Source of the DNA: a virus
Lineage: Duplodnaviria > Caudoviricetes
DNA length: 64,000 nt
Strand: one strand, 5' to 3'
IMG/VR virus record: IMGVR_UViG_3300020465_001196
This document shows, piece by piece, positions 48,506 through 58,064 of this stretch. Every line of letters starts with the position of its first letter. Position 1 is the first letter of the stretch. The position numbers and the translations under genes are program-made. The notes under the pieces are model-generated. The model had not been told where the DNA came from, did not search any database, and worked only from the letters and a program-made list of their open reading frames with translations.

Positions 48506-48843
48506 TATTTGTCACCCTCATCAACTTTACCAACATAGCCTTTTAGCCATCCGACCTTTTGATGAGTTTTAGTTTTCTTTATAGAATCGTTTTTCATAGT
48601 TTTATTAATAATAACACGATTTTGCTCTGTGTCAATCTTTTTTTCTACTTCTCTCATTTTGATTCTGGCCTCATCTTTGAATTTCATTTCAACTTCTGGT
48701 CTTGGATTAATTTTAACAGTTTCAACTGAAATTTCTTTTGGCCTAACAACTTCGTATTCTTCAACTGTTGAAATTGATGCTTTTTCGCTTACAATGTCTT
48801 GTGTTTTAATTTTATTATCGTCAACTAAATTAACATTAATCAC
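48505..48843 (-). CDS. Hypothetical protein
   Basis: 112-aa ORF with a GTG start. Confidence 0.5.
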   Translation of the reverse strand: MINVNLVDDNKIKTQDIVSEKASISTVEEYEVVRPKEISVETVKINPRPEVEMKFKDEARIKMREVEKKIDTEQNRVIINKTMKNDSIKKTKTHQKVGWLKGYVGKVDEGDK

Positions 48844-48854
48844 GTCGGACTTGG

Positions 48855-50249
48855 TTATCCTTTTTTTTTCTCAGTGCTGTCGTCAGTATCAATTTTGGCA
48901 GTTTCGTCTATGTTGATAACCAACTTTTCTGGTTTATCCTGCTCTAAACTTTTTTGATAATCTAACTGTTCTTGTAATTCTTTTTCTGCTTCAGATAATT
49001 TTTCACCAAATTCTTTTATTTCTTGTTCATGCCTTTTTTTTAGATCATTTATTTCTTGTTCATTATTATTTTCTTCAGGTTGTTTTTTTGGTGCTTCACC
49101 TGTGTATGCTTTTATTAATTCAGGATCATACTCATATTGTTTTTCAAATCCTCTTCCAAATCTTCTAATAAATGACATATTAGCCGCTACTAATAAACAT
49201 ACTGCTAGTGGATCAAATACAAATATAATTGTAATAATAACCCAACGTACTGCTTCTTCTAACAAATTTTTATCTGCTTCTTGACCGTATATAAATTCTG
49301 CAATATATTTCAATGGACCAACTTCTACTTCAAGTTTTTGCTGTTCCATTACAATAATAATTTTATCTTCATTTACTTGATTTAATGCATCTTGTTCTTT
49401 TTCAATGAATATTTCTAACTCATCAATTCTTACATCAATATTTTCTGTTTTAACGTTTGCTTCTGATCTTAAACCTGTAATTGTAGCATTAATATCTTCA
49501 ATTTGTGATGAATATTTTTCATCAACTTTTGTAAGATTTTCTTGTAATTTATTTTGTATTTCTACAATAATTCGCTGTGCCGCAGATGCTACTGCAAGTT
49601 CATTTGCTTTAGCTTCTGCTATTGCTGTATCTAACTTCTTCTTACTAAAAGAACCTTTAAATCTTTCTTGTGCCGCGGCAATATCTGCTTCTTTACGTTC
49701 TTTTGCTTGAGCAAGTCTATTATTTTGTATTTCAATATCTTTGTCTGCTTGAACTCTTAAAGTATTCTTTTCTTCTTTAATTCTTTCGTATAATACTGCT
49801 AGTTCTTCATTTTGCTTGTCAATTAAAATATCAACACGAACATTCTGTCCACTGTTAAGTCTTGCAATTTCATCTGACCATCTAGTAATTTTGTTTTCTG
49901 ATCTTATAATTTTTTCATTTATATTATCTAACTTAACTTGTTGAGTTGATCCTAATGATGATTGTTCAACGTGTGCTTTAGATAAAAATCCAAATATACC
50001 CATTGATGTAATAAGCATTAATACAACAACTGCTATTGATAGATACGTTTTAATTGCGAGACCTGCCGCCTTCCAGTTTTGATATAACCAAGAGGCTGTA
50101 ACTAATTTACCTACTTCAAGTACAGTACCCATAATCATAATAGGAATTGCGGCCGCGGCAAAAATAGCCGCCAACCCTGCAATTGAATAGTAAATTGCTA
50201 CCGCTGAAATACTTAATGCGGTCAATAATGTTAGTATTGCCATAAACAT
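48855..50249 (-). CDS. Multi-TM coiled-coil membrane protein (conserved in T4-like phages)
   Basis: N-terminal TM helices with LEVGKL and SMGIFGFLSKAH, a long coiled coil and IIFVFDPLAV. Confidence 0.75.
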   Translation of the reverse strand: MFMAILTLLTALSISAVAIYYSIAGLAAIFAAAAIPIMIMGTVLEVGKLVTASWLYQNWKAAGLAIKTYLSIAVVVLMLITSMGIFGFLSKAHVEQSSLGSTQQVKLDNINEKIIRSENKITRWSDEIARLNSGQNVRVDILIDKQNEELAVLYERIKEEKNTLRVQADKDIEIQNNRLAQAKERKEADIAAAQERFKGSFSKKKLDTAIAEAKANELAVASAAQRIIVEIQNKLQENLTKVDEKYSSQIEDINATITGLRSEANVKTENIDVRIDELEIFIEKEQDALNQVNEDKIIIVMEQQKLEVEVGPLKYIAEFIYGQEADKNLLEEAVRWVIITIIFVFDPLAVCLLVAANMSFIRRFGRGFEKQYEYDPELIKAYTGEAPKKQPEENNNEQEINDLKKRHEQEIKEFGEKLSEAEKELQEQLDYQKSLEQDKPEKLVINIDETAKIDTDDSTEKKKG

Positions 50250-50269
50250 AGTATTATTTATGTTAAAAT

Positions 50270-50608
50270 TTAGGTAGTTTTAGGTTTATTATTAAACACC
50301 ATTGTGAGATATAATTCTTCATTACCTGTATTTGTAATATAATGTTCTTCTTTACCATCATATAAAATAACGTTTCCTGCGGAAATTTCAAAGGTGTTTT
50401 CTCCAATTGTCATTGTTCCGTTGCCTGAATGAATATAATATATTTCATCGTTGTTTGGATGTGAATGGCTAAAGGACTTTTTACCAGGTTGAATTTTTAT
50501 TCCGCCAACTGATATTGTTTCTAATGCATTAGTTTCAATTACAGAATAATCATCATTACTATCTGTTGTTTCGCCAATTATCTTATAATCTTTAAAAATA
50601 GTTTTCAT
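50270..50608 (-). CDS. Cupin domain protein
   Basis: HSHPNNDEIYYI.SG.G and H.I.N metal-binding motifs. Confidence 0.85.
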   Translation of the reverse strand: MKTIFKDYKIIGETTDSNDDYSVIETNALETISVGGIKIQPGKKSFSHSHPNNDEIYYIHSGNGTMTIGENTFEISAGNVILYDGKEEHYITNTGNEELYLTMVFNNKPKTT

Positions 50609-51272
50609 TTTTTTCTTTCATTTCAAAGTTACTATAAAAATTTAAAAACCAATCCATAAATTCATCTGAATTATTTAAAAATGTTAGTTTTTTTCTATTA
50701 CTAAAAGAGTTTAGTTTTTCTGGTAATTTACCATTAACTTTTAAGTTTGGAATATCTTCAAACCATACTAATTTTTCAATATTTAAATTTTTTTGCTTTT
50801 TTTCTAACTCTTTTAGTCTTGATGCTAAATCATCAAACCATTCTTTTTTATACGTAAATTTTTCTTTTGCTTTTAACATATAATCAAACTTTAATTTAGA
50901 TTCATAATTAACCCATAGTTTAGTTGTAAATCCTAAACCATAACTTAAAAATTGTCCTAATACATCTTTTCTTTTTACAAGAATAACTGGCATTTTAAAT
51001 ATGTAATCAAAAATATGTTTGCTCATATCAGGTCCTGGATGTACTTTAAATATACTTGGTTGAGATAAATCATTTTTAATTCTTAATTTTGTTTCTTGAT
51101 CAATACCTTCTTTATCATGTATATCAGGCCATCCATCATAATGTGGTGAAAAGTGTGCAAATCCAAATTTTTCAGATAGTGGCTTATGCTTTGGATATTC
51201 ATTAGCATACCATTTAGTTATAAAGTTTGTTCCACATCTAGGATTTCCATAAATGATTTTGTGTGGTATCAT
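50592..51272 (-). CDS. Sulfotransferase-like P-loop protein (paralogue of 3761..4450)
   Basis: YGNPRCGTNF, FKVHPGP.MSKHIFDYI, KRKDVLGQF.SYG and YKKEWFD shared with 3761..4450. Confidence 0.6.
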   Translation of the reverse strand: MIPHKIIYGNPRCGTNFITKWYANEYPKHKPLSEKFGFAHFSPHYDGWPDIHDKEGIDQETKLRIKNDLSQPSIFKVHPGPDMSKHIFDYIFKMPVILVKRKDVLGQFLSYGLGFTTKLWVNYESKLKFDYMLKAKEKFTYKKEWFDDLASRLKELEKKQKNLNIEKLVWFEDIPNLKVNGKLPEKLNSFSNRKKLTFLNNSDEFMDWFLNFYSNFEMKEKNENYF

Positions 51273-51715
51273 TTTTCATAAATTGCAGAATTGGCCCCAT
51301 GCTCTGCACATTCAACTTTTACAACATAACATCTATTATCAGTTTTTTCTCTAATAAGTTTGTCTGCAAAGTTAAAGGCGTGTTCCGCAAATTTTTCTGT
51401 GCCAACACCATCCATGATAACAATACTTGCAAGATCCATTTCTTCAAGTTCTTTAAACTTATCTAAATGTGGATCCTTTGCGTCTAATACAAGTTTGTGA
51501 TCAAATGAATCTTCAAGCCATTTTTTTAAAGGCTTTAATCCACCAAAATCAACTGCCCAGTTTTTATTATCTAATTCATCACAACCAAATGTAAATGTAA
51601 ATGCTAGACTATATCCGTGTAGCAAGTGACAATGTGAATGATCTGCGTTGGGCTGTCTAAAAACTGCACTCAACCCAATATTGTGTCCATAGTGTTTTGT
51701 ACTATAATGTGCCAT
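51269..51715 (-). CDS. queD: 6-carboxy-5,6,7,8-tetrahydropterin synthase
   Basis: SHCHLLHGY, VDFGGLK, FDH and E...NSA motifs. Confidence 0.92.
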   Translation of the reverse strand: MAHYSTKHYGHNIGLSAVFRQPNADHSHCHLLHGYSLAFTFTFGCDELDNKNWAVDFGGLKPLKKWLEDSFDHKLVLDAKDPHLDKFKELEEMDLASIVIMDGVGTEKFAEHAFNFADKLIREKTDNRCYVVKVECAEHGANSAIYEK

Positions 51716-51731
51716 ATGTTTCTCCTGTTTC

Positions 51732-51772
51732 TAACGGCAGAGTGTTTTGTGAGGGTTGACGTTGAGTCCTCA
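51732..51772 (-). promoter_or_regulatory. Candidate preQ1-I-like riboswitch
   Basis: UGAGG-13 nt loop ending AAC-CCUCA stem, followed by an A-rich tail, between a sigma70 promoter and the queD SD. Confidence 0.45.
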
Positions 51773-51801
51773 TATGCAAAGTGCGTTGTATCATAATGTA
51801 T

Positions 51802-51830
51802 ATAATACACTCAACAACGCACCTTGTCAA
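51802..51830 (-). promoter_or_regulatory. Sigma70-like promoter for queD
   Basis: TTGACA-N17-TATTAT. Confidence 0.7.
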
Positions 51831-51835
51831 GAAGA

Positions 51836-52054
51836 TTACTTATGTGGGTCAAAATCCTTTGTTATATTGGATTCTTTCCCTCTTAAGTAGTGTTTAGATG
51901 GTTCGTAGGATAACCATCTTTTGAACTTTTTCACCTGATCCGACTGGTCGGCTGGCTCTTTCAACGATCTTTGCTGTTTACTAAACACAGCATTGAGCAT
52001 TAAGATCCCGTCGCCCATGGATCTAAATATTTTTTCCATAGACTTATACTCCAA
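51836..52054 (-). CDS. Hypothetical protein (doubtful; may instead be structured RNA)
   Basis: 72-aa ORF with a TTG start in a hairpin-rich, GC-richer stretch. Confidence 0.35.
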   Translation of the reverse strand: MEYKSMEKIFRSMGDGILMLNAVFSKQQRSLKEPADQSDQVKKFKRWLSYEPSKHYLRGKESNITKDFDPHK

Positions 52055-52137
52055 TTATTAATTGGGATCGGCTTACCGTCTTTTGATGTAATCTGAGGCG
52101 TTGGGCTTACTACCATTTGTACTTATATTTTTTCTCT

Positions 52138-52158
52138 AAAAAGAAGCCTATAATAGGC
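52138..52158 (-). terminator. Possible intrinsic terminator downstream of rplK
   Basis: GCCTA-TTA-TAGGC followed by TTCTTTTT. Confidence 0.4.
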
Positions 52159-52271
52159 CAAATTTTAAATCCAAAATTGTCAAGACTATATTAATAGATT
52201 TATTCGAAAACAAATTATTTCAAAAATGCTGATATGCAAATAATACATAACAAAATTATTTTGCTATGCGT

Positions 52272-52694
52272 TTATTTTACAACTTCAATACTCATTGATC
52301 GACATGAACCTTCAACTTGCTTCATTGCTTGTTCTACTGTAAAAGCATTCATATCTACCATTTTCTTTTCAGCTATTTCTTTTACTTGAGCTTTGGTGAT
52401 TCGCTTTATTATCGAACGACCAGGTGTTCTTCCACCCTTTTTTAAACCAACGGCTTTAAGTATGAAATAAGAAACAGGAGGTTGTTTTAGCTCAAAGTCA
52501 AAGGACTTGTCCTTATATACCTTAATAGTAACTGGTATTGGACCTTCAAGAGATTTTGTTTTATCATTAAACTTCTTACAGAAGTCCATGATATTCACAC
52601 CTCTTTGTCCTAGAGCTGGTCCTACCGGTGGGGCAGGTTTGGCTTGTCCGGCTTGAATCTGTAACTTAATTAAGCCAACAACTTCTTTTGCCAT
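52272..52694 (-). CDS. rplK: Ribosomal protein uL11
   Basis: [44 protein letters not shown] and G.CRSM. Confidence 0.96.
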   Translation of the reverse strand: MAKEVVGLIKLQIQAGQAKPAPPVGPALGQRGVNIMDFCKKFNDKTKSLEGPIPVTIKVYKDKSFDFELKQPPVSYFILKAVGLKKGGRTPGRSIIKRITKAQVKEIAEKKMVDMNAFTVEQAMKQVEGSCRSMSIEVVK

Positions 52695-52705
52695 AAGTCT
52701 CCTTT

Positions 52706-52975
52706 TTATTGTGCTGGTGTATTATCAGCAGGTGCTTCGTTAGATGCTTCTGCAGACGCTTCACCAGGTGTTTCTAATAACTTTAATCCAGTAGCAACCG
52801 GTTTGCCATTATGCTCTTTAACTTCGTACTCAAGAGCTTGACCTTGGTCTACTTTTGTAATGTTTGCTTCTTTAAAAGCAGTAACATGAACAAAAACATC
52901 TTTGCCACCATCATCTGGTACTATGAATCCAAAACCTTTTGCTCCATTATACCATTTTAGTTTACCTGTACTCAT
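52706..52975 (-). CDS. cspA: Cold-shock protein
   Basis: [15 protein letters not shown] (RNP1) and DVFVHVTA (RNP2), with an acidic C-terminal tail. Confidence 0.92.
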   Translation of the reverse strand: MSTGKLKWYNGAKGFGFIVPDDGGKDVFVHVTAFKEANITKVDQGQALEYEVKEHNGKPVATGLKLLETPGEASAEASNEAPADNTPAQ

Positions 52976-52985
52976 TTGGTCTCCT

Positions 52986-53243
52986 TTATGTCCTATTAAT
53001 ATTTATAGAGGATGACTCGCCTCTATTCTTGTTGTAATATACCTTGTAAGCACCACCAGTTGGTAGCAACTCACAGGATTTCAACTTTGGATTTGTATCA
53101 ACCCAATGTTGGAATTCTTCTTGCATTTTACCTTTGCCTGTAATAACTGTTACGTATTTCATATCTTTACTATCATCAATAAATTTTTTAAATTCTTCCC
53201 AAGCCTCGTGTATGTAATAACCATGTAAATCTAATATTGGCAT
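52986..53243 (-). CDS. Stand-alone Smr domain protein
   Basis: LDLHG, VITGKG and GGA..V motifs. Confidence 0.85.
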   Translation of the reverse strand: MPILDLHGYYIHEAWEEFKKFIDDSKDMKYVTVITGKGKMQEEFQHWVDTNPKLKSCELLPTGGAYKVYYNKNRGESSSININRT

Positions 53244-53246
53244 ACA

Positions 53247-55316
53247 CTATTTGTTTGCTCCTACTATTTCTTCTTGTACGTTACTTGGTACAATTTCATA
53301 ACTATTAAATTCCATGCTGTATGACGCTCTACCGCTTGTTAAAGAACGTAAATTACCAACATAACCAAACATAGATGCTAATGGAACTAGTGCATCTAAT
53401 ACTAAACCATTACCTCTTGGTTCTTGTCCTCTAATCTGTCCTCTACGTGAACTTAAATCACCTATTACATCTCCTAAATATTCTTCAGGTGTAATAACTT
53501 CTACTTTCATCATAGGTTCTAATAATACTGGGCCTGCTTGTTTTATGCCTTCCCTAAAAGCGGCTCTTGCCGCAATTTCAAATGCAATTGCTGATGAATC
53601 AACGTCGTGATATTTTCCATCTAGCAATGTTACTTTATAATCTACTGTTGGCCATCCTGCTAATACTCCTGAATAACCTTGTGTTTTAAATCCATCTTCT
53701 ACTGATGGTATAAATTCTTTTGGCACGTTACCACCTTTAATTTCATCTGTAAATGAATAACCATCACCACGTTCACCTGGTTCAATATTACAAACAATAT
53801 GTGCAAACTGTCCTGAACCACCTGATTGTTTTTTGTGTGTGTAAGTTACTTCATATGATTTTGTTATTGTTTCTCTATAAGCAACTTGTGGTTTACCAAT
53901 ATTAGCACCAACTTTAAATTCTCTTTTCATTCTGTCAACAATAATTTCTAAATGCAACTCACCCATTCCACTTAAAATTGTTTGACCTGTTTCTTGATCT
54001 GTTTTAACTCTTAAACTTGGATCTTCTTGTACAAACTTACCAAGTGCTTCTCCCATTTTTTCTTGGTCGTCTTTTGTTTTTGGTTCTACTGCAATATCAA
54101 TAACTGGTTCTGGGAATACCATACGTTCTAATACTACTTCACTATCTTGTGCAACTAGTGTATCACCAGTTGTAACATTTTTTAATCCTACAAATGCAAT
54201 AATGTCACCAGCTTGAATACTTTTTACTTCTTCTTTAGAGTCGGCGTGCATTTCATATATTCTACCAATACGTTCTTTTTCATCTCTTGTTGAGTTATAA
54301 AGTGTATCTCCTGAACTTGCTTTACCACTATATACTCTAGCAAATGTTAATGCACCATATTTGTCATTAATAATTTTAAATGCTAATGCACTAAATGGTA
54401 GTGATGGATCTGATTTAATTGGATCTTTTTGTTCACCGTTTTCATCTATAGACCATATTGCATCAACTTCAGTTGGTGCAGGCAGATAACTTACTACAGC
54501 ATCTAGTAATGGTTGTACACCTTTGTTTTTAAATGCACTTCCACAAAGTACTGGAACAAAGTCAAATGCAACTGTACCTTTTCTAATACAAGATTTAATT
54601 TGCTCTACTGTAGGTTCAGTTCCTTCTAAATATAATTCCATAATTGCTTCATCTTGTTCAACTACAGTATCAATTAATTCTGTTCTATACTTTTCAGCAT
54701 CAGCTTTCATATCTTCTGGAATTTCTTGTTCACTAAATGAAGCACCTAGTTGCTCACCGTCCCAAACTATTGCTTTCATAGTAACTAAATCTACAATACC
54801 TTTTAAATTAGATTCTGCTCCAATTGGTAATGTTAAGATAACCGGTGATGCTCCTAATCTTTCTTTGATCATATCAACACATCTTAAAAAGTCAGCCCCT
54901 GTTCTATCAAGTTTGTTTACAAAACAAAGTCTTGGAACTCTATATTGGTCTGCTAAACGCCAGTTTGTTTCTGATTGTGGTTCTACACCTGCTACACCAT
55001 CAAATACTACAACAGCACCATCAAGTACTCTTAATGATCTGTTTACTTCAATGTTAAAGTCAATGTGACCTGGTGTATCAATAATATTAATTCTGTGATC
55101 ATCCCAAAAAACTGTAGTTGCCGCGGATGTAATTGTTATACCACGTTCTTGTTCTTGTTCCATGTAATCCGTTGTCGCGGCCCCATCATGAACTTCACCA
55201 ATTTTATGTGATTTTCCTGTGTAATATAGTATCCGTTCTGTCGTTGTTGTTTTACCAGCATCAACGTGTGCTATAATACCTATATTTCTATATCTATTTA
55301 AATCTTTTATATTCAT
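53247..55316 (-). CDS. fusA: Elongation factor G
   Basis: [45 protein letters not shown] and YHDVDSS; full length at 689 aa. Confidence 0.98.
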   Translation of the reverse strand: MNIKDLNRYRNIGIIAHVDAGKTTTTERILYYTGKSHKIGEVHDGAATTDYMEQEQERGITITSAATTVFWDDHRINIIDTPGHIDFNIEVNRSLRVLDGAVVVFDGVAGVEPQSETNWRLADQYRVPRLCFVNKLDRTGADFLRCVDMIKERLGASPVILTLPIGAESNLKGIVDLVTMKAIVWDGEQLGASFSEQEIPEDMKADAEKYRTELIDTVVEQDEAIMELYLEGTEPTVEQIKSCIRKGTVAFDFVPVLCGSAFKNKGVQPLLDAVVSYLPAPTEVDAIWSIDENGEQKDPIKSDPSLPFSALAFKIINDKYGALTFARVYSGKASSGDTLYNSTRDEKERIGRIYEMHADSKEEVKSIQAGDIIAFVGLKNVTTGDTLVAQDSEVVLERMVFPEPVIDIAVEPKTKDDQEKMGEALGKFVQEDPSLRVKTDQETGQTILSGMGELHLEIIVDRMKREFKVGANIGKPQVAYRETITKSYEVTYTHKKQSGGSGQFAHIVCNIEPGERGDGYSFTDEIKGGNVPKEFIPSVEDGFKTQGYSGVLAGWPTVDYKVTLLDGKYHDVDSSAIAFEIAARAAFREGIKQAGPVLLEPMMKVEVITPEEYLGDVIGDLSSRRGQIRGQEPRGNGLVLDALVPLASMFGYVGNLRSLTSGRASYSMEFNSYEIVPSNVQEEIVGANK

Positions 55317-55343
55317 TTGTATTAAGTATGTAGTTTACTCTAT

Positions 55344-55754
55344 TTATATTTTACCTTCTTTAATCAGCCTCTTACGATTGCTTAAATGCATTTTTTGTAT
55401 ATCATCTTTACTCTGTCCATTGTACACTACTGCATAGCCTTCGTCAACCATTTTCTGATTAATTGTGGTTTTATCATATATAAACTCTCCCAATATACGA
55501 CCAAACTTACCTGTTTTGTCTTTATGGGTTCTTAATACTGCTGATGATCCCACTGGATAGTGGGTTTTTAAATAATTTTTTGATAATATTCCAAATTTCT
55601 TTTCTTCTTTATCACGTGTTCTAGATTCTGGAGTATCTATTCCTAGTAATCTAACACGTTCTTTGTGCATCCATGTACCAAATCCTAGATCTACATCTAC
55701 GTCAACGGTATCACCATCCACTATTCTAAGTATTTTACATCTATATTCGTACAT
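55344..55754 (-). CDS. Thermonuclease (SNase-like) family protein
   Basis: VDGDT, RVRLLGIDTPE and GKFGRIL. Confidence 0.9.
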   Translation of the reverse strand: MYEYRCKILRIVDGDTVDVDVDLGFGTWMHKERVRLLGIDTPESRTRDKEEKKFGILSKNYLKTHYPVGSSAVLRTHKDKTGKFGRILGEFIYDKTTINQKMVDEGYAVVYNGQSKDDIQKMHLSNRKRLIKEGKI

Positions 55755-55761
55755 TTATTTT

Positions 55762-55944
55762 TTAATTAATTTGTGCTAACTGTTGGTTATTTTCAATATG
55801 TAATATTTTGTCTTTAATCCAAAGTTTTCTTTTTTTCATTACTGTGAGCTTAACTTCATCATCACCATTTGTTGTTAATTTTTCAATCGCAATGTGTAAT
55901 CTTGCGTGTTCGTCCTTTAGTTGTTCTAATTCACCATTTACCAT
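55762..55944 (-). CDS. YdcH/DUF465-like small coiled-coil protein
   Basis: L..EH..L...I...MKKRKLWIKDKI. Confidence 0.7.
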   Translation of the reverse strand: MVNGELEQLKDEHARLHIAIEKLTTNGDDEVKLTVMKKRKLWIKDKILHIENNQQLAQIN

Positions 55945-55945
55945 T

Positions 55946-56197
55946 TTACTCGTCTCCTTTTTTATCTAATTCTACGTCTAAATGTTCAACTGTGTATTCA
56001 GAATCATCATCTTTAACTGTTGGAGTAACTATTATTTTAGCACCTTTACTTTCAGAAAGTTCAAAAACTAACGTTCCTTCAGATTCTTCGTTACCTAACA
56101 TTCCTTTATCATAAAGATATTGTGCAAATGCATCTACTACTTCTTGATATGTTAAATTAAAAGTTTTAGAATCGTTGTTATTGTTATTATCTGTCAT
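55946..56197 (-). CDS. Hypothetical acidic protein
   Basis: 83-aa ORF. Confidence 0.55.
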   Translation of the reverse strand: MTDNNNNNDSKTFNLTYQEVVDAFAQYLYDKGMLGNEESEGTLVFELSESKGAKIIVTPTVKDDDSEYTVEHLDVELDKKGDE

Positions 56198-56208
56198 TAT
56201 TTTGCCTG

Positions 56209-56700
56209 TTACAAGTATTTCCTAATATTTACTAACCTTACTAACATTTTTGTATCTTCCGTGCTGTATAAATCTTGCATTTTTTCAGCATGACGACATT
56301 GATCCATAAATTTTTTATACTCTGGATTTGTGTCTTCTGTTGTATTTAGCCATTCGTCTTTAAATTCACCAAATGATTGATCAATCCCCTCCCATGGTTC
56401 TGATCTTTTTACTCTTAAATCAACCCACCATGTGTATAGAATTCTAATTTCATCTAGTGCAGATTGATATGTTGGGTTTTTTTTATTTTGTGATTTTAAC
56501 CAATCAATACCATTTAGTCCATCTTCTTTACTTCTATATGTTGTATCTGTTGTCATTTTGTAAATTTGTGCAATTACACACTCAACATAGTCCACAAGTT
56601 GTATAAAATTGTTTTCTAATATGTTATCTCCAAACGTTTTTTTATCACTAGGATGTTTAGATGATGGGAATAACTCTTTTATTTTACTAATCAATGTCAT
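56209..56700 (-). CDS. Hypothetical protein
   Basis: 163-aa ORF downstream of TTGACT-N17-TAATAT. Confidence 0.6.
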   Translation of the reverse strand: MTLISKIKELFPSSKHPSDKKTFGDNILENNFIQLVDYVECVIAQIYKMTTDTTYRSKEDGLNGIDWLKSQNKKNPTYQSALDEIRILYTWWVDLRVKRSEPWEGIDQSFGEFKDEWLNTTEDTNPEYKKFMDQCRHAEKMQDLYSTEDTKMLVRLVNIRKYL

Positions 56701-56735
56701 ACTATAATATTACTATATTTTTTAGTAAAAGTCAA

Positions 56736-57659
56736 TTAGTTGTCTTTTTTTACTAAAGTAAATTGCTCACTTATATTACCCTGAAATGAGTAATTGCCAT
56801 AATGATCTAAATCAACTGACGGATCCATCCAAATTTCTCCATCTATATCTTGCCAACGTCTGCAAAATGTATAATCTTCTGATAGATATCTTTTACTAAT
56901 TGGATCAATCATTGTGTCAAATAACGAATAAAAATACGGATTATATTTTGGATTTGTATTGAGATCGTTGTTGTATTTTAAATCAGAATATTTTTCTGTC
57001 ATTTTTTGAATACAAGATTTTTTAATCATCATAAATCCAGTTCCAGCATCTAGTACAGGAATAAGTCCTTCAACAATTGGTATCTCTTCTTGATCTCGAT
57101 GTTCACGTTTAATATTGATAACGTATTGAGCTTGATGCTTTGCTAGATTCCAAGCATCATCTGAACTGTATGTACTTGCCATTTGATGTACACCTGGCCA
57201 GTTAATTGATTTTTTAGGATATGCTCCTGTTACTACTTCTTTATCTCTGTGCATAAGTTTAATAACATCTTGAGGATTAAATCCAATGTCTGCATCAATA
57301 AACATAAGATGAGTATAAATTGGATTTTCTAAAAACATTGCTACCAAAGTATTACGAGCTCTAGTAACTAAACTTTCATTTGCAATTGTTGCCAATGTAA
57401 ATTGTAAATCGTGATGCTTAAAAAGAATTGATAATTGTGTCATTGCCTTTAAATATGGTTCACCAATCATACCACCATAACACGGTGTTGCTATAAACAC
57501 ATGGTTGTCTCTTAATTTTTTTAAATCAACATTTATTGTTTCTTGCATTTCAGGACGTAAAGGAACACCTGCTTTTTCTTTTTCTTTTTTTGCTTGACTT
57601 TCAAGTTCAGCTAATTTTTCAGCTTTTCTTTTTTCAAATGCTTCATCTTTTTTACTCAT
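56736..57659 (-). CDS. GT-A fold glycosyltransferase-like protein
   Basis: IATPCYGG, SLVTRARN, FIDADI (DxD), GTGFM and LSEDYTFC..W. Confidence 0.82.
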   Translation of the reverse strand: MSKKDEAFEKRKAEKLAELESQAKKEKEKAGVPLRPEMQETINVDLKKLRDNHVFIATPCYGGMIGEPYLKAMTQLSILFKHHDLQFTLATIANESLVTRARNTLVAMFLENPIYTHLMFIDADIGFNPQDVIKLMHRDKEVVTGAYPKKSINWPGVHQMASTYSSDDAWNLAKHQAQYVINIKREHRDQEEIPIVEGLIPVLDAGTGFMMIKKSCIQKMTEKYSDLKYNNDLNTNPKYNPYFYSLFDTMIDPISKRYLSEDYTFCRRWQDIDGEIWMDPSVDLDHYGNYSFQGNISEQFTLVKKDN

Positions 57660-58021
57660 TACTCATCTCCTGGTCCTGGTTTTTCAGATAACAATGATGT
57701 TTTATCTTCTTTATAAGTTTCAGGATCATATTCTTTATGTTCTGGCATTGCATCTTTCTTTTTTGTTATGTTTGGCCATTGTTTGCTATACATAGTATTT
57801 AGTTCTACCCATTTGTCAATTTCTTCTTTAGGAACAGATGTATCAGTATCTGCTCGAATGGCATCAACTGGACATTCTGGTTCGCAAACGCCACAGTCTA
57901 TACACTCATCAGGATTAATTGCTAAAAAATTTTCGCCTTCAAAGAAACAATCTACAGGACAAACTTCAACGCAATCTGTGTGCTTACACATTACACATTT
58001 GTCATTTACATAATACGTCAT
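57659..58021 (-). CDS. fdxA: 7Fe ferredoxin FdxA
   Basis: [18 protein letters not shown] and [12 protein letters not shown], with a C-terminal WPNIT motif. Confidence 0.95.
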   Translation of the reverse strand: MTYYVNDKCVMCKHTDCVEVCPVDCFFEGENFLAINPDECIDCGVCEPECPVDAIRADTDTSVPKEEIDKWVELNTMYSKQWPNITKKKDAMPEHKEYDPETYKEDKTSLLSEKPGPGDE

Positions 58022-58064
58022 AATAAATAATACTATATTTTATGGTATTTAGTCAAGGATAATT

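Noticed and set aside
45384-55316. Interpretation as a bacterial chromosome because of fusA, rplK, infC, rpsU and clpX
   Set aside because: The canonical neighbours (rpsL, rpsG, tuf, rplA, rpmI, rplT, tig, lon) are absent, and the genes are mixed with phage structural and hypothetical genes.
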